Source: an uncultured Christensenella sp.
GTDB taxonomy: Bacteria > Bacillota > Clostridia > Christensenellales > UBA1242
DNA: 64,000 nucleotides
Direction of reading: 5' to 3'
NCBI GenBank assembly: GCA_964434265.1
Contig: CAYSUK010000001.1
Span: 47,126-111,125 of the forward strand
The notes below the pieces were generated by a model, which was given only the letters and a program-made list of their open reading frames with translations, was not told the origin of the DNA and ran no database searches. Numbering within the stretch: the first letter of the stretch is position 1; each line of letters opens with the position of its first letter. Shown piece after piece: positions 19,765 through 28,766 of the stretch. The translations under genes were made by a program, and so were the position numbers.

Positions 19765-21234
19765 ATGGCACAAGTAGAAAATCAAACACTTTATAAAGAA
19801 GTGGACATTAGAAAAAATAAAATCAAAACTTTGAAGGAATCTGGCATAAATCCTTATGCTCCAAAGTTTGACCAAACACACTCAATAAGCGAGGCGAGAG
19901 CGTGCAAACTAAAAACTCGCGTTAAAACAGGCGGACGTATAATCGCACGTCGTATTTTTGGTAAGTTTATGTTTGTTCAAATCGCTGACGTTTATGATAA
20001 AATCCAAGTTAGCCTTAGTCAAAACGACATAGGCGAGAAGAAGTACAAGTTCTTTAAGGAAATGGTTGATATCGGTGACCATGTCGGTTTTGAAGGTACA
20101 ATTTACAAGACTCAAACTGGCGAGCTTACTATCAAAACTGAGAAGTACACATTGTTGTCGAAGGCGATGTTGCCGCTTCCAGAGAAGTTCCACGGCATCG
20201 CTGACACTGAGATTAGATATCGCCAACGTTATCTTGATATAATCACAAATCCAGAAGCCAAGAAAATATTTGTTATGCGTAGTCGTCTTATCTCGACTAT
20301 CCGTAATTTCTTGGTAGAAAATGGCTTTTTGGAAGTCGAGACACCAATTCTACAAAGTGTAGCATGCGGTGCTGCAGCAAAACCTTTTGTTACAAAACAC
20401 AACGCTCTAAACAAGGTATACAATCTTCGTATATCGCCAGAGACTTTCCTAAAACAAGTCGTTGCTGGCGGCATTCCACGTGTATTTGAAATCGGCAAAA
20501 ACTTCCGCAATGAGGGTATGGATGCCCAACACTTACAAGAGTTTACAATGCTTGAGTGGTATGCAAGTTATTGGGATTACAATAAAAACATCGCGTTTAT
20601 TCAAAAACTACTCAAAATGTTGGTTAAGAAGATGTGCGGGACTTATGAGATTGAGTATCAAGGAATCAAACTTGACTTTGGCGGAAAGTGGGCAAGAGTA
20701 AACTACATCGAAGAACTAAACAAAGTGCTCGGAGTAGACATACTTGCTATTGATGACGTTGAAGAACTTAGAAAAGTTGTGCTTGACACAAACCAATTTG
20801 ACCGTGACGAAGTAAACGACCTTATCTCACTTGGTGCGATATATGACTATGTTTACAAACGTAAAATCCGTCCAAATATTGTGCAACCTACTATTGTTTA
20901 CAATTATCCAAACCTTGTTCCACTTGCTCGTCCAAGCGACAAAAACAACAAGGTAATCGAGATGTTCCAAGTGCTTGTTGCGGGCTCAGAACTTGTAAAA
21001 GCATATAGCGAACTTGTTGACCCACAAATCCAAAGAGCAGGATTTGAAGAACAAATGCGCAACAAGATGAAAGGCGACGAAGAAGCATTTGAACTTGACG
21101 AAGACTTCTTGCTTGCTATGGAACATGGTATGCCACCTATGAGTGGATTGGGACTTGGTATCGACAGACTTATGTGTATCTTGTCAAACCAACCTACACT
21201 AAGAGATATTATTTTGTTCCCAAATATGAAATAA
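19765..21234 (+). CDS. lysS: Lysine--tRNA ligase (class II)
   Basis: Motifs seen: NPYAPKFDQTH, FRNEG, and the C-terminal GLGIDRLMCIL...LRD.ILFP. ATG at 19765 follows TAGGAG; the upstream ATG at 19720 has no SD. Confidence 0.93.
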   Translation: MAQVENQTLYKEVDIRKNKIKTLKESGINPYAPKFDQTHSISEARACKLKTRVKTGGRIIARRIFGKFMFVQIADVYDKIQVSLSQNDIGEKKYKFFKEMVDIGDHVGFEGTIYKTQTGELTIKTEKYTLLSKAMLPLPEKFHGIADTEIRYRQRYLDIITNPEAKKIFVMRSRLISTIRNFLVENGFLEVETPILQSVACGAAAKPFVTKHNALNKVYNLRISPETFLKQVVAGGIPRVFEIGKNFRNEGMDAQHLQEFTMLEWYASYWDYNKNIAFIQKLLKMLVKKMCGTYEIEYQGIKLDFGGKWARVNYIEELNKVLGVDILAIDDVEELRKVVLDTNQFDRDEVNDLISLGAIYDYVYKRKIRPNIVQPTIVYNYPNLVPLARPSDKNNKVIEMFQVLVAGSELVKAYSELVDPQIQRAGFEEQMRNKMKGDEEAFELDEDFLLAMEHGMPPMSGLGLGIDRLMCILSNQPTLRDIILFPNMK

Positions 21235-21251
21235 CGAAATACAAACATGTA

Positions 21252-21279
21252 AAGTGCGAGAAAATATATACTCGCACTT
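21252..21279 (+). terminator. Hairpin downstream of lysS (weak terminator)
   Basis: AAGTGCGAG - 10-nt loop - CTCGCACTT. There is no strong T tract. Confidence 0.35.
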
Positions 21280-21308
21280 GCATTGTATAAATATAAAAGG
21301 GGGTTTTT

Positions 21309-22175
21309 ATGAGCATAATTTATGTTGATGAGTGTATTGATTTTTCACAAGCTCACATCAAAACTATGGGTGTCGAAGTTGTGAAATCAAACTATTTGGT
21401 CGACGGAATTCCACATTTTTGCGATACTGAAAATCCGCTTGATTATAGTACAATATATCAAAATTTTAAAGATGGTTTGAAGATTGAGAGTATTCCGCTA
21501 AGTGCGAAAGAGTACGAAGAAATCTTCGACGTTGCTTTGTCGCAAGGTGAAAACATAATATACTTGCACTGTTCAAATAGTGTGAGTGATGGGGTAAAGA
21601 ATGCACATCTTGCACTTGACCATTTGCGTATAAAGTATCCAAAACGCGAGATAACGGCATTTGATACACTGGGGCTGTCCGTTCAAAGCGGGCTTATATG
21701 TCTTGAAGGTGCTATTCAAAACAAACGCGGGTTGATTGATAAAGATATTCTTGATTCGCTAAATTCGTTTAGAGACCAAACAGCATTTTACTTTTATGCA
21801 AATAGTTTTAAAAATGTCTACGGAAACAAGATAAACAACCTTGACACAAACTATGGCAGCATGTCACTAATAAAACCTATATTTACTGTAAATGATGAAG
21901 GGAAGATAGACTGCGTAAATAAGTCTAATGGCAAAAATAAAGCAATCGCTGATTTGGTCGAATATGTAAAGACATATGGCGAAAATCTTGCCGATTATCC
22001 TATAGCTATCGTTCATACAAACTGTGAAAAAGATGCAATGTTGCTTAAATCAAAACTTGTCGACCTTATTGGCTCTGACAACAAAATATGGGTTGAGTGT
22101 GCAAGTGTAACGACTTTATCCCAAATAGGGCAAGGCGCACTTGGAGTTGCATTCCACGCTAAAAAACGAGTATAG
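21309..22175 (+). CDS. DegV-family (fatty-acid binding) protein, divergent
   Basis: The length is 288 aa. The N-terminal I.Y.D...D pattern and the segment HCSNSVSDG...A......I.AFDT.GLS.Q.G parallel the DegV S.LSGTYQ.A / DS...S.G motifs. Confidence 0.6.
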   Translation: MSIIYVDECIDFSQAHIKTMGVEVVKSNYLVDGIPHFCDTENPLDYSTIYQNFKDGLKIESIPLSAKEYEEIFDVALSQGENIIYLHCSNSVSDGVKNAHLALDHLRIKYPKREITAFDTLGLSVQSGLICLEGAIQNKRGLIDKDILDSLNSFRDQTAFYFYANSFKNVYGNKINNLDTNYGSMSLIKPIFTVNDEGKIDCVNKSNGKNKAIADLVEYVKTYGENLADYPIAIVHTNCEKDAMLLKSKLVDLIGSDNKIWVECASVTTLSQIGQGALGVAFHAKKRV

Positions 22176-22199
22176 AAAGTCGCATTTGCGACTTTTTTA
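22176..22199 (+). terminator. Rho-independent terminator after the DegV-like gene
   Basis: AAAGTCGCA / TGCGACTTT hairpin followed by a T run. Confidence 0.6.
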
Positions 22200-22216
22200 A
22201 ATATATGGGGGAACAT

Positions 22217-23215
22217 ATGAAAATCAAAAACATACACGGCCAAATTGTAGATATCGAATTAAATGACAACAATTCAGAAGATTACGTTGTGAGCAAAACA
22301 TTTTCGGCGGTAATTGAAAACAAGTTTGCGCAAAACGAAAATAATACATATTCACCTTTGGAATACAAACAAAAGAAATATTTCATAACAGAATGTATTA
22401 AAAGTGGAATAACAAACTTTTTTGATGTTAGTCCAAACTATATACTTTCGGCCGATGTATATGCCGAACTAAATCAAGATGCTTGCATCGGTGTTAGATT
22501 GTATCCGCAGGACGATATCACGGACGAGTATATAAATGAGTGTACAAACCTTATAAAAAACAAAAAACCAAATGCATCAGTTGCGCTTGTTGTTGACAAT
22601 ATCACACTTTACAGCGAAGAACAGATAATGGCTGTTGTAAACTTTGCAAAATGTAATAATATGTACATATACACAAATGTTTCGATGACGCTAGATGAAG
22701 TGGGTGAATGTGACAAAATGACGGGAATGTCACCGATATACTATCTTGAAAGTTTGGGTGTACTTGATAGAAAATGTGTACTTGGCGGTTGTGTGTATTT
22801 GGATAAAGACGAAATCGAACTACTAAATTCATACAACACAAAAGTTTGCGTGCGACCAAGTACCGATATGTTGGAAGGTAATGGAATAGCGCCAATATAT
22901 TCAATGATAGGGCATGGACTTGATTTGTGTATAGGGATTGGAGACGACACAACCCCTGATATCCTTAAAGAATTAGACCTTATTACTTGTACCCAATCGG
23001 GTGTGCTTAATATACAAAATGCCATATCAAAATCGACACTTTTTGAGATTGTTGAAAAGCCGATTATAGATTTTGATTGTAATTCAGTCCAAAAATATAT
23101 AGTCTATGACGCGTCATATGGAAAGAATTTTGTTGGTGCTGAGATGACAAAAATTGTCAATTATCTAAATAAAGACAATCTAAAATATGTGATAATAAAT
23201 GGTGAAATTTATTAA
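22217..23215 (+). CDS. Amidohydrolase-fold protein (MtaD/cytosine-deaminase-like) with apparently substituted metal ligands
   Basis: VCVRPSTDMLEGNGIAPI matches the amidohydrolase P.SN..L..G.AP motif, and GIGDD matches GTDG. The HxH position reads KFA and the AH position reads GG/C. ATG at 22217 follows GGGGGA. Confidence 0.5.
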   Translation: MKIKNIHGQIVDIELNDNNSEDYVVSKTFSAVIENKFAQNENNTYSPLEYKQKKYFITECIKSGITNFFDVSPNYILSADVYAELNQDACIGVRLYPQDDITDEYINECTNLIKNKKPNASVALVVDNITLYSEEQIMAVVNFAKCNNMYIYTNVSMTLDEVGECDKMTGMSPIYYLESLGVLDRKCVLGGCVYLDKDEIELLNSYNTKVCVRPSTDMLEGNGIAPIYSMIGHGLDLCIGIGDDTTPDILKELDLITCTQSGVLNIQNAISKSTLFEIVEKPIIDFDCNSVQKYIVYDASYGKNFVGAEMTKIVNYLNKDNLKYVIINGEIY

Positions 23216-23290
23216 AAAAATAGCAAATAATCATAAAAATCTATGTTATTTTGATATTTTTATTTATTTTAACAAATATATCTAAAAGTA

Positions 23291-23319
23291 TTGTAATAAA
23301 AAAATAGTTATGATATAAT
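23291..23319 (+). promoter_or_regulatory. Near-consensus sigma-A promoter with an extended -10
   Basis: TTGTAA (23291-23296), then a 17-nt spacer ending in TGA, then TATAAT (23314-23319). Confidence 0.65.
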
Positions 23320-23339
23320 ACCTACAAGGAGATAGGGAA

Positions 23340-23399
23340 ATGGAAGTAATGTTTCTTATAATTTTCACATTCGTAATACTTAGAGGTTTTGCTGGATAA
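23340..23399 (+). CDS. 19-codon hydrophobic micro-ORF (MEVMFLIIFTFVILRGFAG)
   Basis: AAGGAGA SD lies 7 nt upstream. A promoter lies 20 nt upstream of the SD, and a terminator lies 38 nt downstream of the stop. Confidence 0.4.
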   Translation: MEVMFLIIFTFVILRGFAG

Positions 23400-23436
23400 T
23401 AAATTATATTATGTTATTCATTTCTTTTTGATTGTA

Positions 23437-23466
23437 AAGACAGGGGCGACTCTGTCTTTTTTTTGT
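23437..23466 (+). terminator. Rho-independent terminator
   Basis: AAGACAG-GGGCGACT-CTGTCTT followed by a T8-9 run. Confidence 0.75.
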
Positions 23467-23510
23467 TGGAGTGATTGTTTTAAAAAAAATAAAATTTTGT
23501 CATAATAATG

Positions 23511-23539
23511 TTGACATTATAAAATCTCAGTGCTAAAAT
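23511..23539 (+). promoter_or_regulatory. Sigma-A promoter of the ctsR operon
   Basis: TTGACA (23511-23516), 17-nt spacer, TAAAAT (23534-23539). Confidence 0.75.
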
Positions 23540-23546
23540 AATTGAA

Positions 23547-23563
23547 AGTCAAAGAAAGTCAAA
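23547..23563 (+). promoter_or_regulatory. CtsR operator (direct heptad repeat)
   Basis: AGTCAAA GAA AGTCAAA is an exact match to the CtsR box (A/G)GTCAAA-NAN-(A/G)GTCAAA. It lies 8 nt downstream of the -10. Confidence 0.9.
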
Positions 23564-23581
23564 CTTTTTTAAAAGGGGGTT

Positions 23582-24043
23582 GTGATGTCAAATATAAGTG
23601 ATATAATCGAAGCATTTATAATGGAGCAGTTAGATGAGTATGACCACATAAACTTGTCTCGTAACGAACTTGCCTCGTATTTTAATTGTGCTCCTAGCCA
23701 GATAAACTATGTACTATCTACTAGGTTTACACATCCTCGTGGATTTATTATTGAAAGCCATAGGGGTGGTGGTGGATATATTTCTCTTCAAAGGGTTGAT
23801 ATTGAAAAAAATGCTTATCTCAAAAATTTGCTTACTACTACGGTTGGTGACGAGATAGATTATAGTACATCACTCCAAATACTTGAAGTTTTGGAAAAGA
23901 AAAAATTTTTATCAAGTCATGAAGTGGAACTTTTAAAAGGTGTGCTTTCAAATAAAACACTTGCTAGTCCACTTAAGATGGAAAATAAATTACGAGCAAA
24001 TATTTTGCGAAATATAATAGTAAATATATTAAAAGGAGAATAG
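23582..24043 (+). CDS. ctsR: Class III stress-gene repressor CtsR
   Basis: NISDIIE..., C.PSQINYV..TRFT...G.I.ES.RGGGGYI. The start is either GTG at 23582 or ATG at 23585. Confidence 0.95.
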   Translation: MMSNISDIIEAFIMEQLDEYDHINLSRNELASYFNCAPSQINYVLSTRFTHPRGFIIESHRGGGGYISLQRVDIEKNAYLKNLLTTTVGDEIDYSTSLQILEVLEKKKFLSSHEVELLKGVLSNKTLASPLKMENKLRANILRNIIVNILKGE

Positions 24044-24045
24044 TT

Positions 24046-24528
24046 ATGTTGTGTGATAAATGTAAAAAAAATCAAGCAACCTTTCACAAAACTGTCGTTA
24101 TAAACGGTGATTCATATGAGACCCATCTATGTAGTGAATGTGTAGATATGACAGACTGGGGTGATTGGAATGGATTTGATGATAGTTTTTTCCCAAACTT
24201 TTTTGAGCCTGCTTTTAATTTAAATTTTCTTGATTATAATGAGAAAAAATGCCCTACTTGCAAAAGTACTTTTAGGGACTTTTTGCGACGTGGCAAACTT
24301 GGTTGTAAGGATTGTTATGACACATTTGAAATGGAAATCCGCGACATGCTCGAAAATATGGAAAGTCCAATCGACATTGACTTAGGGATTGAAGATGTCA
24401 AACCATCGAAGTTGTCCGAACTTCAATCAAAACTCCAAAAAGCAGTCGAAGAAGAAAGGTATGAAGATGCTGGTGAAATTAAAAAACAAATAGATAAAAT
24501 AAAGGGGGAGAATAAAGATGTACAATAA
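24046..24528 (+). CDS. mcsA: McsA-like protein (zinc-finger repeats plus a UvrB/C motif)
   Basis: Motifs seen: C..C......H......G......LC..C, CP.C......F...G..GC..CY..F, and the C-terminal EERYEDAGEIKKQI (UVR motif). Confidence 0.85.
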   Translation: MLCDKCKKNQATFHKTVVINGDSYETHLCSECVDMTDWGDWNGFDDSFFPNFFEPAFNLNFLDYNEKKCPTCKSTFRDFLRRGKLGCKDCYDTFEMEIRDMLENMESPIDIDLGIEDVKPSKLSELQSKLQKAVEEERYEDAGEIKKQIDKIKGENKDVQ

Positions 24529-26992
24529 CGATATGCGTATTACTGACAATGTAAATGTTTGCTTGCAAAATGCCGGACGTGTTGCACTACAATACGGCTA
24601 TAATCAAGTCGGAACTGAGCACCTTTTGTATGGCATTACATCGGTGACTGATAGTGCTTCAAGCAAAATACTAAATTCGTATGGTGTAACTTGTGAAAAA
24701 CTTGACGAAATATTTTCAAAAAATAAGAGCAAAAACACAATTTCGTTTTTGAGCAATCAAATCGAGTTGTCACCAAAAAACAAAGAAGTTTTTGTAACAG
24801 CAAGACGCTTTGCCTCGTCAATCGGTCATAGTTTTATCTCGACCGAGCACTTGCTGGTGTCGTTGCTTCTTAGCGAAAACAGTTATGGCGTAACCATACT
24901 TAAAAAGAATTTTCGCATAAATGTAAACGACTTAAAAACAAGTGTATTGCAAGTACTCAAAAATGAAAATGTATATGCTGGCGGGGGTTATGCTGAGCAA
25001 AACAATAGCGGATACACTCAAACCCAACCAAGCAAGTCAAAACTCCCAGAAAAACTTTTGGAGATGGGGCAAGACTTGACAGAAAAAGCTCGTCAAGGCA
25101 AGATTGACCCTATCATCGGACGTGAAGAAGAAACAGCACGTGTCATCGAGATACTATGCCGTAAGACTAAAAACAACCCCGTCCTTATAGGTGAAGCGGG
25201 TGTTGGTAAAAGTGCGGTAATTGACGGGCTTGCACTCAAAATCGCAAACGGGAATGTGCCCGAACTTCTTAAAAACAAAACCATATTTTCTCTTGAACTT
25301 GGCGGGTTGATGTCAGGAACAAAATTCCGTGGAGCACTAGAAGAAAAACTTAAAGACCTTATTGACATAATCACAAACAACAAAGACATAATTGTGTTTA
25401 TCGACGAAATCCATACACTTGCACAAGTTGGTGGAGATAAGGGTGAAGTAAATCCATCTGATATGCTTAAGCCATATTTGGCTCGTGGCGAGTTCCAAAC
25501 AATCGGTGCGACAACTACTGACGAGTATCGCCAATATATTGAGAAAGACAAGGCCTTAGAACGTCGTTTCCAACCAGTTATGATAAATCCACCTACTGTC
25601 GAGCAAACAATCCAAATACTACGTGGACTTAAAGACAGTTATGAAGCATTTCATAAAGTTACGATTTCTGACGAAGCAATTATTGCTGCTGCGACATTAT
25701 CAGACCGTTATATAATGGACCGAAGCTTGCCAGACAAAGCCATCGACCTTATCGACGAAGCAAGTAGCAAAGCCAAGGTTTATGGAACTAAAAAGCCAGA
25801 CGAACTTACTGCTATTGAAGACGAAATCTCGCGTTATGAAGCCGAAAAACGTGACGCTCTTATAAACGACAACTATGAAAAAGCATCGTTATGCCGTGAT
25901 AAAATTAAGGAAGCGATGACAAGGAAAAATCAAATTTTGAGTTCTGTCCAAACTGAGCGAAACAACATAACAATCACATCAGACGACATATGTTCGATCA
26001 TAAGTAAATGGACTAATATCCCAGTAACTAAATTAACAGAGAGTGAAAAGGATAGATTACTCAAATTGGAGTCGATATTGCATAATAGGGTTATTGGTCA
26101 AGATGAAGCCGTAGTTGCTGTTTCAAAAGCCATTCGCCGTGCACGTATTGGGCTTAAAGAATCAAACCGACCTATCGGTAGCTTTATGTTTTTAGGTCAA
26201 ACTGGTGTCGGAAAAACCGAACTCTGCAAAGCACTTGCTGAAGCCATGTTTGACAATGAAAACTCTGTCATTAGGGTAGATATGAGCGAATACATGGAAA
26301 AACATAGTGTTAGCAAACTCATAGGCTCGCCACCGGGATATGTTGGGTTTGATGAAGGTGGCCAACTTACAGAAGCTGTAAGACGCAAACCTTACTCAGT
26401 AGTGCTATTTGACGAGATAGAAAAGGCACACCCAGACGTGTTTAACTTGCTATTGCAGGTTCTAGACGAAGGCCGCCTAACAGATAGTCAAGGCCGACTA
26501 GTATCCTTTAAAAACACAATCATTATATTTACAAGCAATGTTGGTGTGAGCGAATTGCCAAGGGGCACAAACAGACTCGGTTTTGGCGAAAGCGGCACAA
26601 CTAGCAATGATTATGAAACAATAAAAGAGACGCTTCTAAATGCTCTCAAACGTAGTTTTAAGCCAGAGTTTATAAATCGTATAGATGTCATAACTGTATT
26701 CCATCCGCTAAATTACGAACAACTCCAATCGATTGCAAAGATATTTATCTCCAAACTAAACAGACGTCTAAACGAACAACATGTGTCATTAAAAGTTACA
26801 GAGAGTGCGCTAAAATATCTAATTGAGAAAGGGTATAATCCTGAGTATGGTGCAAGACCGCTACGTCGACTTATTGAGCAAGAGATAGAAGACAAGATTG
26901 CTGAAGATATGCTAGAAAATAAAATTAGCCCAAACAGCACAATAATTATATCGGCAAGAGATAATAAACTTGTACTCAAAGTAGAAAATTGA
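24518..26992 (+). CDS. clpC: ATP-dependent Clp protease ATP-binding subunit ClpC
   Basis: Clp-N repeats (GTEHLL, STEHLL), two AAA+ modules (GEAGVGKSA; GQTGVGKTE), a middle UVR-like coiled coil, and C-terminal GARPLRR. GGGGGAG SD lies before ATG 24518. The start overlaps the mcsA stop by 11 nt. Confidence 0.95.
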   Translation: MYNNDMRITDNVNVCLQNAGRVALQYGYNQVGTEHLLYGITSVTDSASSKILNSYGVTCEKLDEIFSKNKSKNTISFLSNQIELSPKNKEVFVTARRFASSIGHSFISTEHLLVSLLLSENSYGVTILKKNFRINVNDLKTSVLQVLKNENVYAGGGYAEQNNSGYTQTQPSKSKLPEKLLEMGQDLTEKARQGKIDPIIGREEETARVIEILCRKTKNNPVLIGEAGVGKSAVIDGLALKIANGNVPELLKNKTIFSLELGGLMSGTKFRGALEEKLKDLIDIITNNKDIIVFIDEIHTLAQVGGDKGEVNPSDMLKPYLARGEFQTIGATTTDEYRQYIEKDKALERRFQPVMINPPTVEQTIQILRGLKDSYEAFHKVTISDEAIIAAATLSDRYIMDRSLPDKAIDLIDEASSKAKVYGTKKPDELTAIEDEISRYEAEKRDALINDNYEKASLCRDKIKEAMTRKNQILSSVQTERNNITITSDDICSIISKWTNIPVTKLTESEKDRLLKLESILHNRVIGQDEAVVAVSKAIRRARIGLKESNRPIGSFMFLGQTGVGKTELCKALAEAMFDNENSVIRVDMSEYMEKHSVSKLIGSPPGYVGFDEGGQLTEAVRRKPYSVVLFDEIEKAHPDVFNLLLQVLDEGRLTDSQGRLVSFKNTIIIFTSNVGVSELPRGTNRLGFGESGTTSNDYETIKETLLNALKRSFKPEFINRIDVITVFHPLNYEQLQSIAKIFISKLNRRLNEQHVSLKVTESALKYLIEKGYNPEYGARPLRRLIEQEIEDKIAEDMLENKISPNSTIIISARDNKLVLKVEN

Positions 26993-27054
26993 TATCAAAC
27001 ATTTGCCTAATAAAAATAGATTTGTTAAAATGATATAAACAAAAGGAGAGTACT

Positions 27055-27573
27055 ATGAAAATAAAATATGTAGCAAAAAATTATAAAATATCTGACAACT
27101 TCAAAGAAGTAATAGAGAGAAAGTTGGAAAGAATTCAAAAGTATTTTAATAGTGATTATGATATCAAAGTTGCTTGTACCGAACAAGGCAATGACCAAAA
27201 ACTAGAAATCACTATAAATGCAAATGGACTATTTATCCGTAGTGAAGTAACTAGTGACAATATGTACAACAATATTGATCTTGCACTTCCAAAAATCGAA
27301 CGTCAAATCCTTAAAAATACAGCAAGATTTAAAAACAAATTCAAACGTCTAGAAAGACCAGAATTTATTGACCAATTTGAAGACACTGTTCAAGAAAAAC
27401 TTGTTAAAGTAAAAAGATTTGATTTGGAGCCAGTTACTGTAGATGTAGCAATAGCCCAAATGGAAGCACTCGAACACACATTCTATGTATTCTTGAATGT
27501 TGAGACTGGACTAGTAAGTGTTGTGTATAGACGTGCCGACAACAATATCGGTCTTATCGAAGTAACACACTAA
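27055..27573 (+). CDS. hpf: Ribosome hibernation promoting factor, long form
   Basis: The N-terminal S30AE/YfiA pattern is (M.I....N..I.D..K..I..K....KYF). The C-terminal dimerisation domain is (KRF.L.P..V..A..QME.L.H.FYVF.N.ETG...V.YRR.D...GLIE). Confidence 0.92.
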   Translation: MKIKYVAKNYKISDNFKEVIERKLERIQKYFNSDYDIKVACTEQGNDQKLEITINANGLFIRSEVTSDNMYNNIDLALPKIERQILKNTARFKNKFKRLERPEFIDQFEDTVQEKLVKVKRFDLEPVTVDVAIAQMEALEHTFYVFLNVETGLVSVVYRRADNNIGLIEVTH

Positions 27574-27586
27574 AAGGTGGCAGTAA

Positions 27587-28231
27587 GTGATAGAAATAAA
27601 AGATTTGTGCTTGGCATATACTAAGGACTATCTGACACTTTGCGACATAAATCTTGAAATCAAAGATGGTGCAAAAGTCACCATTTTTGGCGAGAAAGAA
27701 AGTGGAAAGAGCAGCCTTATGCGTGTGCTTGCAGGCATTGTTAAACCCACAAGCGGGTCAGTGATTATAAACAAAATTCCCATTGACAAAATAAATTTTA
27801 AGAGCGATGTGTCGTTGGGCTTTTTGCCAACCCAACCAGTTTTTATGGAAAACAAGACAGTATTGCAAAATCTTCAATACGTACTCAAAATCCGCAAGGT
27901 TGTGAAAGAACTGGCAAATATAAAAATCGAAAATGCTATCAAGACATATGACCTTGAAACTATTGCAAACATGAAAATGAAAGATTTGCAATACTATGAT
28001 AGGGTAAGAGTTGCACTTGCTAGATTCCAACTCCGTCCACTTGATGTACTGCTTGTTGATGATGTATTTGTTCGTCTCGGCGATAGCGATAGAAAAGTGG
28101 TCGTAAAACACATTAATAATCTTATAAAAGCAAACCAATGCTCATGCATTATTACTATCTCTGACCGCTCGCTATTCTCGCTTGTCGGTGGCAAACAAGT
28201 TGTCATAGACAATGGAAGTCTAGTAAACTAA
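27587..28231 (+). CDS. Orphan ABC-type ATPase domain with degenerate signature, Walker B and H-loop
   Basis: Walker A GEKESGKS is intact and the Q-loop Q is present. LSGGQ is replaced by LQYYD, DEP by DDV, and the H-loop TH by IS. No permease gene is adjacent. The start is GTG. Confidence 0.7.
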   Translation: MIEIKDLCLAYTKDYLTLCDINLEIKDGAKVTIFGEKESGKSSLMRVLAGIVKPTSGSVIINKIPIDKINFKSDVSLGFLPTQPVFMENKTVLQNLQYVLKIRKVVKELANIKIENAIKTYDLETIANMKMKDLQYYDRVRVALARFQLRPLDVLLVDDVFVRLGDSDRKVVVKHINNLIKANQCSCIITISDRSLFSLVGGKQVVIDNGSLVN

Positions 28232-28237
28232 TAAAAA

Positions 28238-28268
28238 ATCGAAGTCAAATCGACTTCGATTTTTTTTA
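28238..28268. terminator. Bidirectional terminator
   Basis: ATCGAAGTC (28238-28246) / GACTTCGAT (28252-28260), flanked by an A run and a T run. Confidence 0.8.
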
Positions 28269-28706
28269 TTGTTCGACGCGTTTGAAAGATGCTATTTTTG
28301 GATTGTTTGCATTCTCTTCAAAACTTAAATCTATCATATCTTTTTCTTGCGATTTTTTGTCTATCATGAGAGACAATAGTTCGTTTAGTTCGCCATTGTT
28401 GTTGCTGAGCATGGGCAACATCATTTTCATCAATTCATTTTTTGATACTGATTTGTTTTGCGACATTGATTTAATTAGTGGCATGAGTTTGTGTATGTCT
28501 AGTTTTGGAACATTGTTTTGATTGGTTTCTGATGTGGGTGATTGATTGACATTTTGCGTTTGGATTACAGTGTCTTTTTGTGACTCGATTGTTTCTGTTT
28601 GACCGCTTAAAAATTTTTGCATAAGTACGGCTTGGCCTTGTTTTGTATATTCACTTGGAAATTTTTCTGTCGGATAACTACCATAAAATGACTCTTGCAT
28701 ATTCAC
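28266..28706 (-). CDS. Hypothetical protein (146 aa; Q/N/S-rich middle, helical C-terminus)
   Basis: Clean ORF between a terminator and a divergent promoter region. I recognise no family. Confidence 0.55.
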   Translation of the reverse strand: MNMQESFYGSYPTEKFPSEYTKQGQAVLMQKFLSGQTETIESQKDTVIQTQNVNQSPTSETNQNNVPKLDIHKLMPLIKSMSQNKSVSKNELMKMMLPMLSNNNGELNELLSLMIDKKSQEKDMIDLSFEENANNPKIASFKRVEQ

Positions 28707-28766
28707 ACTCCATAAACATTATTATATATGTTTTCATATAATAAATAGTGAATTAAGGAGAAAATT

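Noticed and set aside
25093-25551. 152-aa minus-strand ORF inside clpC. Similar ORFs lie inside parE/parC (43853-44326, 44860-45381, 45521-45961).
   Set aside because: All are antisense to strongly motif-supported genes.
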